From an uncultured Actinomycetota bacterium (GTDB lineage Bacteria; Actinomycetota; Actinomycetes; Mycobacteriales; Micromonosporaceae), in NCBI GenBank assembly GCA_963840005.1, contig CAWIXO010000028.1, forward strand, positions 24,171 to 88,170: 64,000 bases of DNA. The letters are read 5' to 3'. The notes below the pieces were generated by a model, which worked only from the letters and a program-made list of their open reading frames with translations, was not told the DNA's origin and ran no database searches. The translations under genes and the position numbers were made by a program. This document shows positions 8,858-18,365 of this stretch, one piece after another (the first letter of the stretch is position 1; every line of letters starts with the position of its first letter).

Positions 8858-10038
8858 TCACTCCACCGCCGCGAGGTCGGTGCGCGCGGCGGCGGGCAGG
8901 AGACGTTCGCCGAGCGCCAGCGCCAGAGCGACGATGCCGAGCAGGGCGCCGATCAGCACCGTGCTGTGCACGCCGTGGCTCGGCAGCGCGAGGCCGGCGA
9001 CCAAGGCGCCGCCGGTGATGCCGACGTTGACGGCGGCGGAGACGCGTGGCGGCGGCGAGGTCGGAGCGCCCGGGCGCCACCTGCAGCACGAGGCCGCCGA
9101 GCGCCGCGGTGAACGCCGCGAACGCCAGTCCGGCCAGGGCGAGCAGGCCGACGGCCGCGGCACGGCCGGTGGCCGAGCGCGTACAGCCCGAGCAGCGCCA
9201 CCGACTGCAGCGCGACGGTCGTGACCAGGGCGAGCCACGGGCTGCGGTCCACCAACGCTCCGAAGGCGAGGATCCCGAGCACGCTGGCGATGCCGCGCGC
9301 CAGCAGGATGGCCCCGACCGACGAGGCGGAGAACCCGCTGACCTCGGTGACGAAGAGGGCGACGTAGGTGTAGGCGGCGATGGCGCCGGCGGTCGTCAGG
9401 ACGGCCACCGCGACCAGCAGCCAGAAGCGGCGGGCGTCGGGCGTCGCGCCCCGGGCGGCGTGTCCCTCGTCGGGCCGGGTCGAGGGCAGCAGCGAGGCCA
9501 CCACGACGAGCACCAGCGCGCCGAGCCCGGCCACCGCCAGGAACGACGCCCGCCAGCCGGCGCGTTCGCCCAGCCAGGTGCCCGCGGGCACGCCCAGGAC
9601 CAGCGCGACGTTGCCGCCGGCGAACACGATCGCGACCACCCGCCCGCGCAGTGCCGGGCCGGAACAGCTCGGCCGCGGCCGGCACCACGACCGCCCAGAA
9701 CAACGCGTGGGTCGCGGCGGTCGCCATCCTGGCCGCCAGCACCAGCGCGAACGTGCTCGCGAACACCGTGATCGCGGTGCTGACGACGAAGCCGGCCAGG
9801 AGCGCCGACAGCAGGCGCCGGCGCGGGACGCGTCCTGGCCAGCGCCGTCAACGGGATCGAGGCGACGACGACCACCGCGCCGTACGCGGTGACGAGCATG
9901 CCCACTTGCGACGGTGAGACGGCCAGGTCCGCGGCCATCGGGAGCAGCAGCCCGATCGGCAGCGCCTCGGCGGTGGTGTAGAGGAACGTCCCGCCGGCCA
10001 GGCCGATCAGCGCTCCCACTGCCCGCCTGCTGCTCCAT
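8858..10038 (-). CDS. MFS efflux transporter (DHA1/AraJ-like), several frameshifts
   Basis: TAEALPIGLL..QVGMLVTAY, ARMATA, GVPAGTWLG..GWR are spread over ORFs 9396..10019, 8858..9766 and 8953..10038. Confidence 0.8.
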
Positions 10039-10152
10039 CCGACGCTCCCATGTTACCTGCTAAACGGTTATGACGGAAACAGGCTAGCGAGTGCCCCGGA
10101 CCGGGTCAACTGGTAAAGTCGGTTTTGATGGAAACAGTGAGACGTCACGCGG

Positions 10153-10748
10153 ATGCGTCTGGTGGGCGGCAACCTCGCCCTGGACTTCGTCAACACCCGC
10201 ACCGGCCCACCGACCGGGCCGCCGGACGACGACGTGCTCACGGCTACCCCGAGCTGGTCGCCTGGGGCGTCTACGCGGGCGCCCTCACCGAGCCGGAGGC
10301 GGCAGCGTTGCGCCGGCTGTCCCGCGCCGATCCGGCCGGCGCTCACGCCGCCTTCGCGCGAGCGCTGCGCACCCGCGACTACCTCGACGAGCTGTTCCGG
10401 CCGCTGGCCGCCGGCCGAGAGCCCGAGCACGGCCGCACTGGCCCGGCTGCGCGACGACGAAGCGGACGCGCTCGCCCACGCACGGCTCGATCGCGGCAGC
10501 ACGCTTACGCCTGGACCTGGCGGGACGACCACACGCTGGCCCGGCCGCTACGGCCGGTGGTGCACGCGGCGGTCCAGCTGCTCACCACGGGCGCGCTGGA
10601 CCGGATCAAAGGATGCGGAGGCTGCCGCTTCCTCTTCACCGACGAGAGCAAGAACCGCAGTCGCCGCTGGTGCAGCATGGACGACTGCGGCACCGCCGAG
10701 AAGATCCGGCGCTACGTCGCCGCGCGCCGCACCCGCGCGAGCGGATGA
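10153..10748 (+). CDS. ABATE/CGNR zinc-finger regulator, frameshifted
   Basis: N-terminal GGNLALDFVNT in one frame; CGGCRFLFTDESKNRSRRWCSMDDCG in another. Confidence 0.85.
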
Positions 10749-10773
10749 ATCCGGCCGCCGTCCGCCCAGGTCG

Positions 10774-10792
10774 AGGGATTAGGGTGGCCTAA
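10774..10792 (+). promoter_or_regulatory. Putative IdeR/DmdR iron box
   Basis: AGGGATTAGGGTGGCCTAA matches 12 of 19 positions of TTAGGTTAGGCTAACCTAA, just upstream of a siderophore-interacting protein gene. Confidence 0.55.
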
Positions 10793-10813
10793 GCATTCGA
10801 CGGAAGGTGCGGT

Positions 10814-11620
10814 ATGACGACGCCTACGCGGCAAGGCCGGTCGCAGCACGTGCTCGCGGTCGAGTCGACCGAACAGCTCACCCCCCACCTGGTGCGGGTG
10901 GTCCTGTCCGGCGAGTCTCTGTCCGACTTCGGCGGCCACGGTTGCACGGACGCGTACGTGAAGCTGCTGTTCGTCGACCCGGCCCTGGGTCTGCGCCCGC
11001 CGTACGACCTGACCGAGCTGCCTCCTGGGCAGCGGCCGGTGACCCGCACCTACACCGTCCGCTGGGTCGACCGGGCCGCCCGGCGGCTGGCGATCGACTT
11101 CGTCACGCACGGCGACACCGGCATCGCGGCGCCATGGGCGATGAAGGCGGTTCCCGGCGACCAGCTCGTCCTGAGCGGCCCGGGCGGCGCCTACGCGCCG
11201 GACCCGGCGACCGCCTGGCACGTGTTCGCCGGCGACCTGTCCGCGCTGCCGGCGATCTCCGCGGCCCTGGAGGCGCTGCCCGGCGGCGCCGCTGGTGTCG
11301 CGTACCTCGAGATCGGCAGCCCGGCCGACATCCTCGACCTGAAATGTCCTGAGCAGGTGACCGTGCACTGGTTGGTCAACCCCGACCCCGACGACGCCGG
11401 CTTCCTGGCCCGCGCCGTCGACGGCGGGCATTGGCCCGATCCGAGCGGCGTCCAGATCTTCGTCCACGGCGAACGCGAGTCCGTCAAGGCGATCCGCAAG
11501 GTCCTGCGCACCCGCGACGTGCCGCGCGATTCGATCTCCATCTCCGGCTACTGGGCCCGCGGCCGCACCGAAGACGTCTTCCAGGCGGAGAAGCGCGAGC
11601 CGATCGGCAAGATCGACTGA
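10814..11620 (+). CDS. Siderophore-interacting protein (ViuB family)
   Basis: DAYVKL, RTYTVR, IDFVTHG, GDLSALPA, ISGYW. Confidence 0.92.
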   Translation: MTTPTRQGRSQHVLAVESTEQLTPHLVRVVLSGESLSDFGGHGCTDAYVKLLFVDPALGLRPPYDLTELPPGQRPVTRTYTVRWVDRAARRLAIDFVTHGDTGIAAPWAMKAVPGDQLVLSGPGGAYAPDPATAWHVFAGDLSALPAISAALEALPGGAAGVAYLEIGSPADILDLKCPEQVTVHWLVNPDPDDAGFLARAVDGGHWPDPSGVQIFVHGERESVKAIRKVLRTRDVPRDSISISGYWARGRTEDVFQAEKREPIGKID

Positions 11621-11662
11621 CCGAGCGGGTGGACCAGGCCGCTCCCCGGGTATAGGGAGCAC

Positions 11663-12475
11663 GTGGCGAAGACCTGGCTGATCACCGGTGCCTCCCGCGG
11701 GATGGGGCGCGAGCTCGTCGAACAGGCGCTGGAACGCGGCGACCGGGTCGCCGCGACGCTGCGCCGACCCGAGCACCTCGACGATCTCGCGCAGCGGCAC
11801 GGCGACCGGCTCTGGCGACGGCCGTTGGACGTCACGAACACGGCCGACCTCCGCGCCGTGGTCGGTGCGGCGTTCGCGGAACACGAGCGGATCGACGTGG
11901 TCGTCTCGAACGCCGGGTACGGCGTGTTCGGTGTCGCCGAGGACCTGACCGACGAGCAGGTCGACCAGATGATCGCGACCAACCTGACCGCGTCCATCCA
12001 GCTGGCCCGGGCCGTGGTCCCGGGCCTGCGGGCGCAGGGTGGCGGTCGGCTGATGCAGATGTCCAGCATGGGCGGGCAGATCGCTTTCCCGGCCTTCTCG
12101 ATGTACCACGTCACGAAGTGGGGCATCGAGGGCTTCTACGAGGCGCTCGCCACCGAAGTCGCCGCGTTCGGCATCGCCACCACCCTGATCGAGCCCGGCA
12201 TGGTGCGCACCGGCTTCTTCGACGCCGCCACCCGGGTGCCGGTCAGCGAGCCGTACCGCGGCGGCCCGGCCGACCGCGGACCGGTGCCGGTCGAGCAGAT
12301 GACCGACAGCCAGGAGAAGACCGTGGCCGCCATCATCGCCACCGCCGACTCCCCCGACCCGCCCCGCCGCCTGGTCCTCGGATCCGACGCCTGGACACTG
12401 ATGACGGAGGCCCTACGGGGACGGCTGGCCGACATCGAGTCGCAGCAGACGTCGGCCGCCACCGCCGACCTCTAG
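11663..12475 (+). CDS. SDR family oxidoreductase
   Basis: TGASRGMG, SNAG, YHVTK. Confidence 0.92.
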   Translation: MAKTWLITGASRGMGRELVEQALERGDRVAATLRRPEHLDDLAQRHGDRLWRRPLDVTNTADLRAVVGAAFAEHERIDVVVSNAGYGVFGVAEDLTDEQVDQMIATNLTASIQLARAVVPGLRAQGGGRLMQMSSMGGQIAFPAFSMYHVTKWGIEGFYEALATEVAAFGIATTLIEPGMVRTGFFDAATRVPVSEPYRGGPADRGPVPVEQMTDSQEKTVAAIIATADSPDPPRRLVLGSDAWTLMTEALRGRLADIESQQTSAATADL

Positions 12476-12485
12476 TCGATGGAGA

Positions 12486-12590
12486 GGGTCGCCACGCCTC
12501 CGTTGTAGTCCGGCTTCGTGCCGGCGCAGGCCCTAAACGATCTGTTCCAAGCGGTCAGTGGTCGCAGCCGGTTGAGCAGCGGCGAGGCCC
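12486..12590 (+). ncRNA. Candidate structured RNA in the leader region of the large secreted-protein gene
   Basis: GGGTCGCC (12486-93) can pair with GGCGAGGCCC (12581-90), enclosing the hairpin CCGGC-ttcgt-GCCGG; family not assigned. Confidence 0.3.
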
Positions 12591-12616
12591 CGGAACACGA
12601 GGTGTTCGCGGCGGCC

Positions 12617-12654
12617 TACATGCTTTGGCATGTGCGCACGTGCCAAAGCATGTA
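12617..12654. repeat. 38-bp near-perfect palindrome
   Basis: TACATGCTTTGGCATGTGCGCACGTGCCAAAGCATGTA; only one non-Watson-Crick (T-G) pair. Confidence 0.9.
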
Positions 12655-12904
12655 CGCGCTGGAAAGACACCTACCCCGCCGGACGTTGCCGCCGGAGCCC
12701 GCAGCCCGCGGGATCCGCGCTAGCCGTGATCGTGTCCGTCCGATCGGAGCTCCCGAGCCTCCCGAAGAGCCACACCCGGGCTTGGCAAGATCCGGCCAAA
12801 CCTCGGCTGATACGCGCATCCGCGTATCGCCCATTCCCCGTCCCGTCCGCACAGTTATCGGCGCCGATCCCGCAGCGGGTTCGGCGTACGAGGGGGGATG
12901 GTGC

Positions 12905-15130
12905 GTGAAACGCATGCGGAAGCGGGTGCGATCGCTGTTGGCGGTCGCCCTCAGCACGGTCTTGGTCCTGGGTGCGATGCCGCCCACGCCGGCGGCGGCC
13001 AGCTACGGCTCCACCGTCACGGTCACGGCCAACGAGATGCACACGACCGAGTGCCTCGACCGGATCTGGCTGGTCATCTGCGATACGCCGGAGCTGTTCG
13101 GCGTCGCGGTCATCACGCAGGACAACGGGCAGCAGATCCGCTGTGAGATGGCCCTGCCCGCGGCCGGCGGGACGGACATCACGACACCCAACACGATCTG
13201 CTCGGGCCGGACGGTGACGGGGGACTTCCGGGTCAACTTCGAGCTGTGGGAGGACGACTCCACCGAGGGCGGCAGCCGCGAGCAGGCCGACCTCAACGCG
13301 GGCACGGCCAAGGACTGGGCGACGACGAGCCTGCTCGGCGGCCGGAACGCGAGCTCGACCTGGCGGACCAGCGGCGGCCCGTCGTCGGCCATCTTCACGG
13401 TGAGCGTCTCCGCGCGGCCGACCACCATCTCCATCTCGTCGCCGTCCCCCTTCGGAACGCCGCGCGAGTTCGACCCGCGGCTGGGCGAGACGGTGACGAT
13501 CAGCGGGTCGCTGTCGGTGCCGTCGGCGCTGCGGTTCACGATCACCGCGCAGGCGACGGGGTCCGGGTTCGCGCTCTACGAGGGCTCGTTCTACGGAGGC
13601 ATCTTCAACATCTCCTGGGACGGCCGGTTACCGGACGGGTCGTACGCGGCCACCGGCACGTACACCATCACGGTCGCCGACCCGATCGACGGCGGCTCGG
13701 CCAAGACCACCCAGGCCCGGGTGATCCAGCGGGTCGGTGCGTCCTTCACCAACATGGCCAGCCAGCCGGCATCGGGCTGGCAGTACCGCAGCGGACCGAT
13801 CGTGGTGAACGCGGTCGCGTCGACCACCGGCACGTTCCGCATGCTCGTCCTGCGCGCCGGCGTGGAGATCTTCCGCACCGCCGACCAGCGCCGGGCCGCC
13901 GGACCGATCGCGTTCTCCTGGAACGGCCGGCTGGCCGACGGAACCTGGGTCACGCCGGGTTCGTACGTGTACACCCTGCAGGGCACCGCCGACGACGGGC
14001 GCGTCTTCCCGCCCGTATCGCTGACCACCAACGCGGTGAACCCGCCGGCGGGACTCGAGGTGTACGCCCTGGCCGAGCCGGGCGTGCCGGCGGTCAACCC
14101 GCAGGCGGTGCCCGGCACGTCCATCCGCGCCAAGGTGGTGGCGGCGGACCACACCGCCCGGCCGGCGGCCCGGATCACCGTGGAGATGAGCCCGGCCGGC
14201 TGGATCGGCCGCCCGGTCACGCTGGCCCCCCGGGTCGTGCGGACCTGCGTCCAGGTCAACGAGTGCCAGGCCGTGATCCCGGCCGACATCCTCGCCGGGG
14301 AGGCGGTGGCCTACCGGATCACCGCGAGCGAGGCGGACGGCGTGCCGGAGATGGCGACGGCCACGGCCGACTGGCGGATCACCGACCTGAACCCACCCGA
14401 GCCGTCGCAGGGTCCGGAGGTGACGCTCGTTCCCTTGTGGCGGGCCAGCGTGCCGGCCGTGGTCAACAAGGACGGGCTCGTCAACACGAGACCGCTGAAC
14501 CAGACCATCGACGTGGCGTACGCGCCGGGCACCGGCCACGACACCTCGACGCTGGCGGGCGCACGGCAGTTCGGCAACGCCGTCGACGACAACGCGTGGC
14601 AGTTGCTCGGCGTACGCGGCCGGATCTTCCCGAGCTCGATCGCCACGCACTGGTCCGAGGTGGGCATCTGGGTGCAGAACGTGCCGGTCGAGATCAAGGT
14701 CGACGCGGACGCCGACGCGCTGTGCGCACGTGGGCCGTTCAGCCCGGTGAGCTTCGCCGAGGCGAACGGCATCCTGCACACGGTCAACTGCAGGGACAAC
14801 GCCTCGGGCAACATCTTCACGGCCGACTCGCCGACCGTGGGGTGGCACGAGTTCCACCACGACGCGTACCACGAGGGCGACGAGTACTGCTGCGACGGCG
14901 GCTACTGGTACGGGGCGGGGATCAACACGTACAGCTCCCTCGCCGACTGCCAGCGCGACGGCTCCGACGCCAGCACCTGCAACGAGATCACCGACGGCGT
15001 CACACCGACCGGCTGGTGGCGCAGCGACGGCCCGATGTCCGACGTGATGGTCAACAACACCATCGAACGCGCCGACGACCTGCGGTCGGCCGAGGCGGCG
15101 TTCGCGAAGTGCGGGAGGGCACAATGCTGA
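12905..15130 (+). CDS. Secreted multidomain protein: C2-like domain, two FlgD-Ig-like repeats, C-terminal zincin (M64-like)
   Basis: G-rich RBS then GTG 12905; signal peptide; FELWEDD; two WD/NGRLxDG..GxY repeats; HEFHHDAYHEGDEYCCDGGY. Confidence 0.7.
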   Translation: MKRMRKRVRSLLAVALSTVLVLGAMPPTPAAASYGSTVTVTANEMHTTECLDRIWLVICDTPELFGVAVITQDNGQQIRCEMALPAAGGTDITTPNTICSGRTVTGDFRVNFELWEDDSTEGGSREQADLNAGTAKDWATTSLLGGRNASSTWRTSGGPSSAIFTVSVSARPTTISISSPSPFGTPREFDPRLGETVTISGSLSVPSALRFTITAQATGSGFALYEGSFYGGIFNISWDGRLPDGSYAATGTYTITVADPIDGGSAKTTQARVIQRVGASFTNMASQPASGWQYRSGPIVVNAVASTTGTFRMLVLRAGVEIFRTADQRRAAGPIAFSWNGRLADGTWVTPGSYVYTLQGTADDGRVFPPVSLTTNAVNPPAGLEVYALAEPGVPAVNPQAVPGTSIRAKVVAADHTARPAARITVEMSPAGWIGRPVTLAPRVVRTCVQVNECQAVIPADILAGEAVAYRITASEADGVPEMATATADWRITDLNPPEPSQGPEVTLVPLWRASVPAVVNKDGLVNTRPLNQTIDVAYAPGTGHDTSTLAGARQFGNAVDDNAWQLLGVRGRIFPSSIATHWSEVGIWVQNVPVEIKVDADADALCARGPFSPVSFAEANGILHTVNCRDNASGNIFTADSPTVGWHEFHHDAYHEGDEYCCDGGYWYGAGINTYSSLADCQRDGSDASTCNEITDGVTPTGWWRSDGPMSDVMVNNTIERADDLRSAEAAFAKCGRAQC

Positions 15131-15645
15131 GCCGACGTACCCGATTGTTCGCGGTGGCGGTCCTGGTGCTGCCGGTCCTCGCGGCCGGCGCCATCGCGGC
15201 CCAGGCCGCGCCGCCGGTCGCCGCTCCGGTCCTGCCGGCGCCGTCGGTCGACTACACGGACCCGACGAAGGGCGCGCACCTGCGGCTCGGGCTGCGGGTG
15301 TCGAGCGGCGGGGTCACGCCGACGCTCCAGGAGATCGACCGTGGCTTCACGTCGTCGCTGCGCGGCTCGACCGGACAGTTCGTGCTGCGGTTGCGCGACA
15401 GCGCCGGAGCGGTGCTGGACACCCTTGCCATGGACGACCCGCTGGCGCTGCGGACGTACAACGTCAAGCAGAACGCACACGGGACGTTGCGGCTCAAGGA
15501 GGCGGACATCGTGGTCGACCTGCCCGTCATCGACACCGCGGTCGTCCTCGAGGTGATCCTCGAGCGCAAGCGGATCGGGACGGTCGACGTCGGCTCGCTG
15601 ATCCAGGCGTGTCAGGGCAAACCGCTGCCCTGCGCGTTCAGCTAG
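15124..15645 (+). CDS. Secreted hypothetical protein coupled to the upstream gene
   Basis: ATG 15124 overlaps the upstream stop; signal peptide ending AQA|A; GC3-rich codons. Confidence 0.75.
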   Translation: MLSRRTRLFAVAVLVLPVLAAGAIAAQAAPPVAAPVLPAPSVDYTDPTKGAHLRLGLRVSSGGVTPTLQEIDRGFTSSLRGSTGQFVLRLRDSAGAVLDTLAMDDPLALRTYNVKQNAHGTLRLKEADIVVDLPVIDTAVVLEVILERKRIGTVDVGSLIQACQGKPLPCAFS

Positions 15646-16390
15646 CCCGCGAGCCGGGCACCTCCAGGATGCCGAGCTCGACCGCCCTCATCACGGTGGC
15701 GACCGGCCCGGAGGTGCCCAGCTTGCGGTGCACGTTCTCCAGGTGCTTGCGAACGGTGCCGGGCGCGAGACCCAACCGGCGCGCGGTGGCCGGCACGGTC
15801 AGCCCGTCGGCGATCGCCCGGACCACCTCGACCTCCCTTGCTCGGTCAACGGTCCGCCGCCGGGTGACGGGGTTGCGCCGGTGCAGGGCGATCAGCGCGG
15901 GCTGGAGGCGTTCGAGCAGGTCCATCTCGCGGGCGTCGAAGACCCGGTCGCGGTTGAACTGGTACCACCGCAGCACCGGCGGCGACCCGACCACCAGCGC
16001 GACGGTGTGCGCCCCGATCCCTTGCGGTGCAATGATCTCGCGGTACAGCGCGTGCTGCCGCCACTGCCGCTCCGGCAGCACGTCGGTCACCTGCAACGGC
16101 GGTCCCGGATAGGGCCGCGACCCGCGCACGGTGGCCGCGAAGAGCGGGTGGGCGGCGAGCTGGTCGTGCATCCGCTGGACCAGCGCCCGCTCGACCGGAC
16201 GATCGGCGGCGAGGTCGGGCAGCCGGAGCGTGGCGAGATCGAGCTCGGCGTAGGTGGCGAGGTCGGTCCCGAGACGGCGAGCCACGGCGGCGATGGCGGC
16301 ATCGACGAGCGGCCGGCCACGCAACGCACTGACCTCGGCCGCCACCGCACGCACCCACGCCTGGTCGCTCTCCGCGCGATGAACTGTCAC
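15638..16390 (-). CDS. LuxR/CsgD-type HTH regulator with GAF-like N-terminus
   Basis: REVEVV..ADGLT..ARRLGLAPGTVRKHLENVHRKLG; start uncertain. Confidence 0.85.
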   Translation of the reverse strand: MTVHRAESDQAWVRAVAAEVSALRGRPLVDAAIAAVARRLGTDLATYAELDLATLRLPDLAADRPVERALVQRMHDQLAAHPLFAATVRGSRPYPGPPLQVTDVLPERQWRQHALYREIIAPQGIGAHTVALVVGSPPVLRWYQFNRDRVFDAREMDLLERLQPALIALHRRNPVTRRRTVDRAREVEVVRAIADGLTVPATARRLGLAPGTVRKHLENVHRKLGTSGPVATVMRAVELGILEVPGSRAS

Positions 16391-16640
16391 GGCCGGACCA
16401 TAGAAACCGAACGCCCCCGGCCGCGTCACCGATTGGACAGCGGTCGGCTTTGCGTCACAAAGATCGACACACACCATCAAGAACAACCGAACGTGGGATG
16501 TGCCTCACCCTCAGCAATCGGAAAACTAGCGACAGAACCGCGACTGAATTCCGGTATGACCGTTTCTGTTCGCGTGACCAATGTCGGAGGGGACGCCTAG
16601 CATGAGCCTCACGGCCACTCAACCGGGCGGAGGAGGAGCT

Positions 16641-16829
16641 ATGCCAACCGCGATCGTCAAGACGCGGGAAGAGCTGGAGGCATGGCGCGACCGGCTCTTG
16701 TCCAAGATCCCTGCAGGCATGGACAAAGAAGAGTTCTACGACTTGGGCCGCAACTACGAGCTACGCACCGACGAACGCGCGGTCTACGAGACCCTCCGCA
16801 CCATCGACTATCTCCTGGGCGATGACTGA
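16641..16829 (+). CDS. Small acidic hypothetical protein (62 aa), antitoxin-like
   Basis: Strong GGAGGAG RBS before ATG 16641; GMDKEEFY motif; overlaps the next gene by 8 nt. Confidence 0.75.
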   Translation: MPTAIVKTREELEAWRDRLLSKIPAGMDKEEFYDLGRNYELRTDERAVYETLRTIDYLLGDD

Positions 16830-17589
16830 GGCGCACGCCGCTACCGAAGAACTCCGCGCCATCGCAGGTGTTTTCGCCGCAGAGATCACCGACCGGCTCC
16901 ACCGGGTCGTGACCACGAGCGGCGCACTCACGTCGATCATCCTGCGTGGCACCCGGAATCACCGGGTAGCGGTCGGTCTCATCAATGAGCACGCCCAAGG
17001 CACCGACGACCTGTTCGGCAGTTTTCCACTGTCCATTGACAACACTCACGTTCTGGACCTGTCGCTCAGGTTCTTCTGCTGTCAGGACTCCGCCGGCGAG
17101 TTCCTCGCCGTCGACAACTCGTGGATGCTGGTCCTTCCCGCAGGCGATCCCGTCCCGCTGTTCCGCTACGAATACGTCCGAAGTGCCAGCGGCAACGTCC
17201 CGGTCGCGCACTTCCAGATCCACGCGCACCGCGACGAGTTCGGGTATGCGTTGATGGCGGCCTCGCGCGGCAAGGCACGGCACAGATGGCTGAAGGGAAA
17301 GCCGCCACGCCTGTCCGAGTTCCACTTCCCTCTGGGCGGTCACCGGTTCCGGCCGTGCCTCGAAGATCTGCTCCACGCGATCGTCGCCGAGTTCAACGTC
17401 GACCGCCCCGCTGGGTGGGAGGCGGCAGTCAGGGAAGGGCGCGAGGAGTGGCGCCGCACGCAGCTCAAAGCCGCTGTCCGGGACGCTCCCGCCGACGCCG
17501 CAGCGGTGTTGGATCGCATGGGATACAAGATCGCCCCGCCGGACGCGGGCGCACCCGCCGGCAACCGCGAACGACTCCGCGCCTACTGA
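16822..17589 (+). CDS. Hypothetical protein (255 aa), candidate toxin
   Basis: LFRYEY..PVAHFQIHAH..FHFPLGGHRFRPCLED; coupled to the upstream small ORF. Confidence 0.75.
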   Translation: MTEAHAATEELRAIAGVFAAEITDRLHRVVTTSGALTSIILRGTRNHRVAVGLINEHAQGTDDLFGSFPLSIDNTHVLDLSLRFFCCQDSAGEFLAVDNSWMLVLPAGDPVPLFRYEYVRSASGNVPVAHFQIHAHRDEFGYALMAASRGKARHRWLKGKPPRLSEFHFPLGGHRFRPCLEDLLHAIVAEFNVDRPAGWEAAVREGREEWRRTQLKAAVRDAPADAAAVLDRMGYKIAPPDAGAPAGNRERLRAY

Positions 17590-18305
17590 CCGCTCCCCGG
17601 TCGACTGTCGAGGTAGGCGTCCAGGGCCGCGGCGCCGGTGAGCATCGTGCGGCCGCGTGCGGCGAGTCGGGTGTGCCAGTCGTGGAGGGTCGACTCGAGC
17701 GGTGCGACGCCGCCGGCCGCGCGGACCTGGGCGATCAGTGGGGCGATCTGCTCCAGCAGGTAGCCGCCCCGTCGTAGTTGGTGGGCCAGTAGGGCGTCGC
17801 GTATGTCGGCCGCGGTGTAGACCCGGTAGCCCGTGTGCGGGTCGCGGAGCGGCTGGACCACGCCGGCGCGTTCCCATTTGCGCAGGGTGGCCGGGAGGAT
17901 GCCCAGTCGCTTGGCCAAAGGGCCGACGAACGTGTCGCCGCGTGGTCGGCGCACCGGCTCGAGGTCGCGGAGGGCCGACTCGACGGCCTGGAGGGTGCGG
18001 CGGTCGTCGAGCAGCTGGGCATGGCTTTCGTCGATGAGCCGCAGCGCGTACCCGATGTCGTCCCGGTTGACCGCCTGCATGATCGCCGTCGCGGTCTGGT
18101 GGCCGTGTCCGGACACGAGGGCGAGGAACGCGCTCAGCGCCCGCGCGTGCCTCGGCGTGTAGGTGCGGTAGCCGTGCGGTGTGCGCTCGGCGTCGGGCAG
18201 GATCCCGGCCGCCTCGTAGTTCCGGACCGCCTGCGTGGACAAACCGTGCGCGCGAGCCAGGTCGACCGGCCTGAGCTGTCCGCTGTCTTGAAGCTTTTCG
18301 GTCAT
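17583..18305 (-). CDS. TioE-family regulator with two MerR HTH domains
   Basis: LRPVDLARAHGLSTQAVRNYE..GYRTY and a second ATLRKWERAG..TGYRVY. Confidence 0.88.
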   Translation of the reverse strand: MTEKLQDSGQLRPVDLARAHGLSTQAVRNYEAAGILPDAERTPHGYRTYTPRHARALSAFLALVSGHGHQTATAIMQAVNRDDIGYALRLIDESHAQLLDDRRTLQAVESALRDLEPVRRPRGDTFVGPLAKRLGILPATLRKWERAGVVQPLRDPHTGYRVYTAADIRDALLAHQLRRGGYLLEQIAPLIAQVRAAGGVAPLESTLHDWHTRLAARGRTMLTGAAALDAYLDSRPGSGQ

Positions 18306-18344
18306 CGGGACCCTCACCATCGCGCTCAGGGTTCAACCGTTGGT

Positions 18345-18360
18345 TCAACGATAGCGTTGA
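18345..18360. promoter_or_regulatory. Inverted repeat, probable operator of the TioE-like regulator
   Basis: TCAACG-atag-CGTTGA in the short divergent intergenic region. Confidence 0.5.
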
Positions 18361-18365
18361 GGGGT

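Noticed and set aside
10051-10135. Operator for the CGNR regulator
   Set aside because: AT-rich, weakly dyadic segments are present but too degenerate to define
13246-15123. 799 aa ORF overlapping the large secreted gene
   Set aside because: Arg/Gly-rich off-frame read-through; only 15124-15645 looks like a real protein
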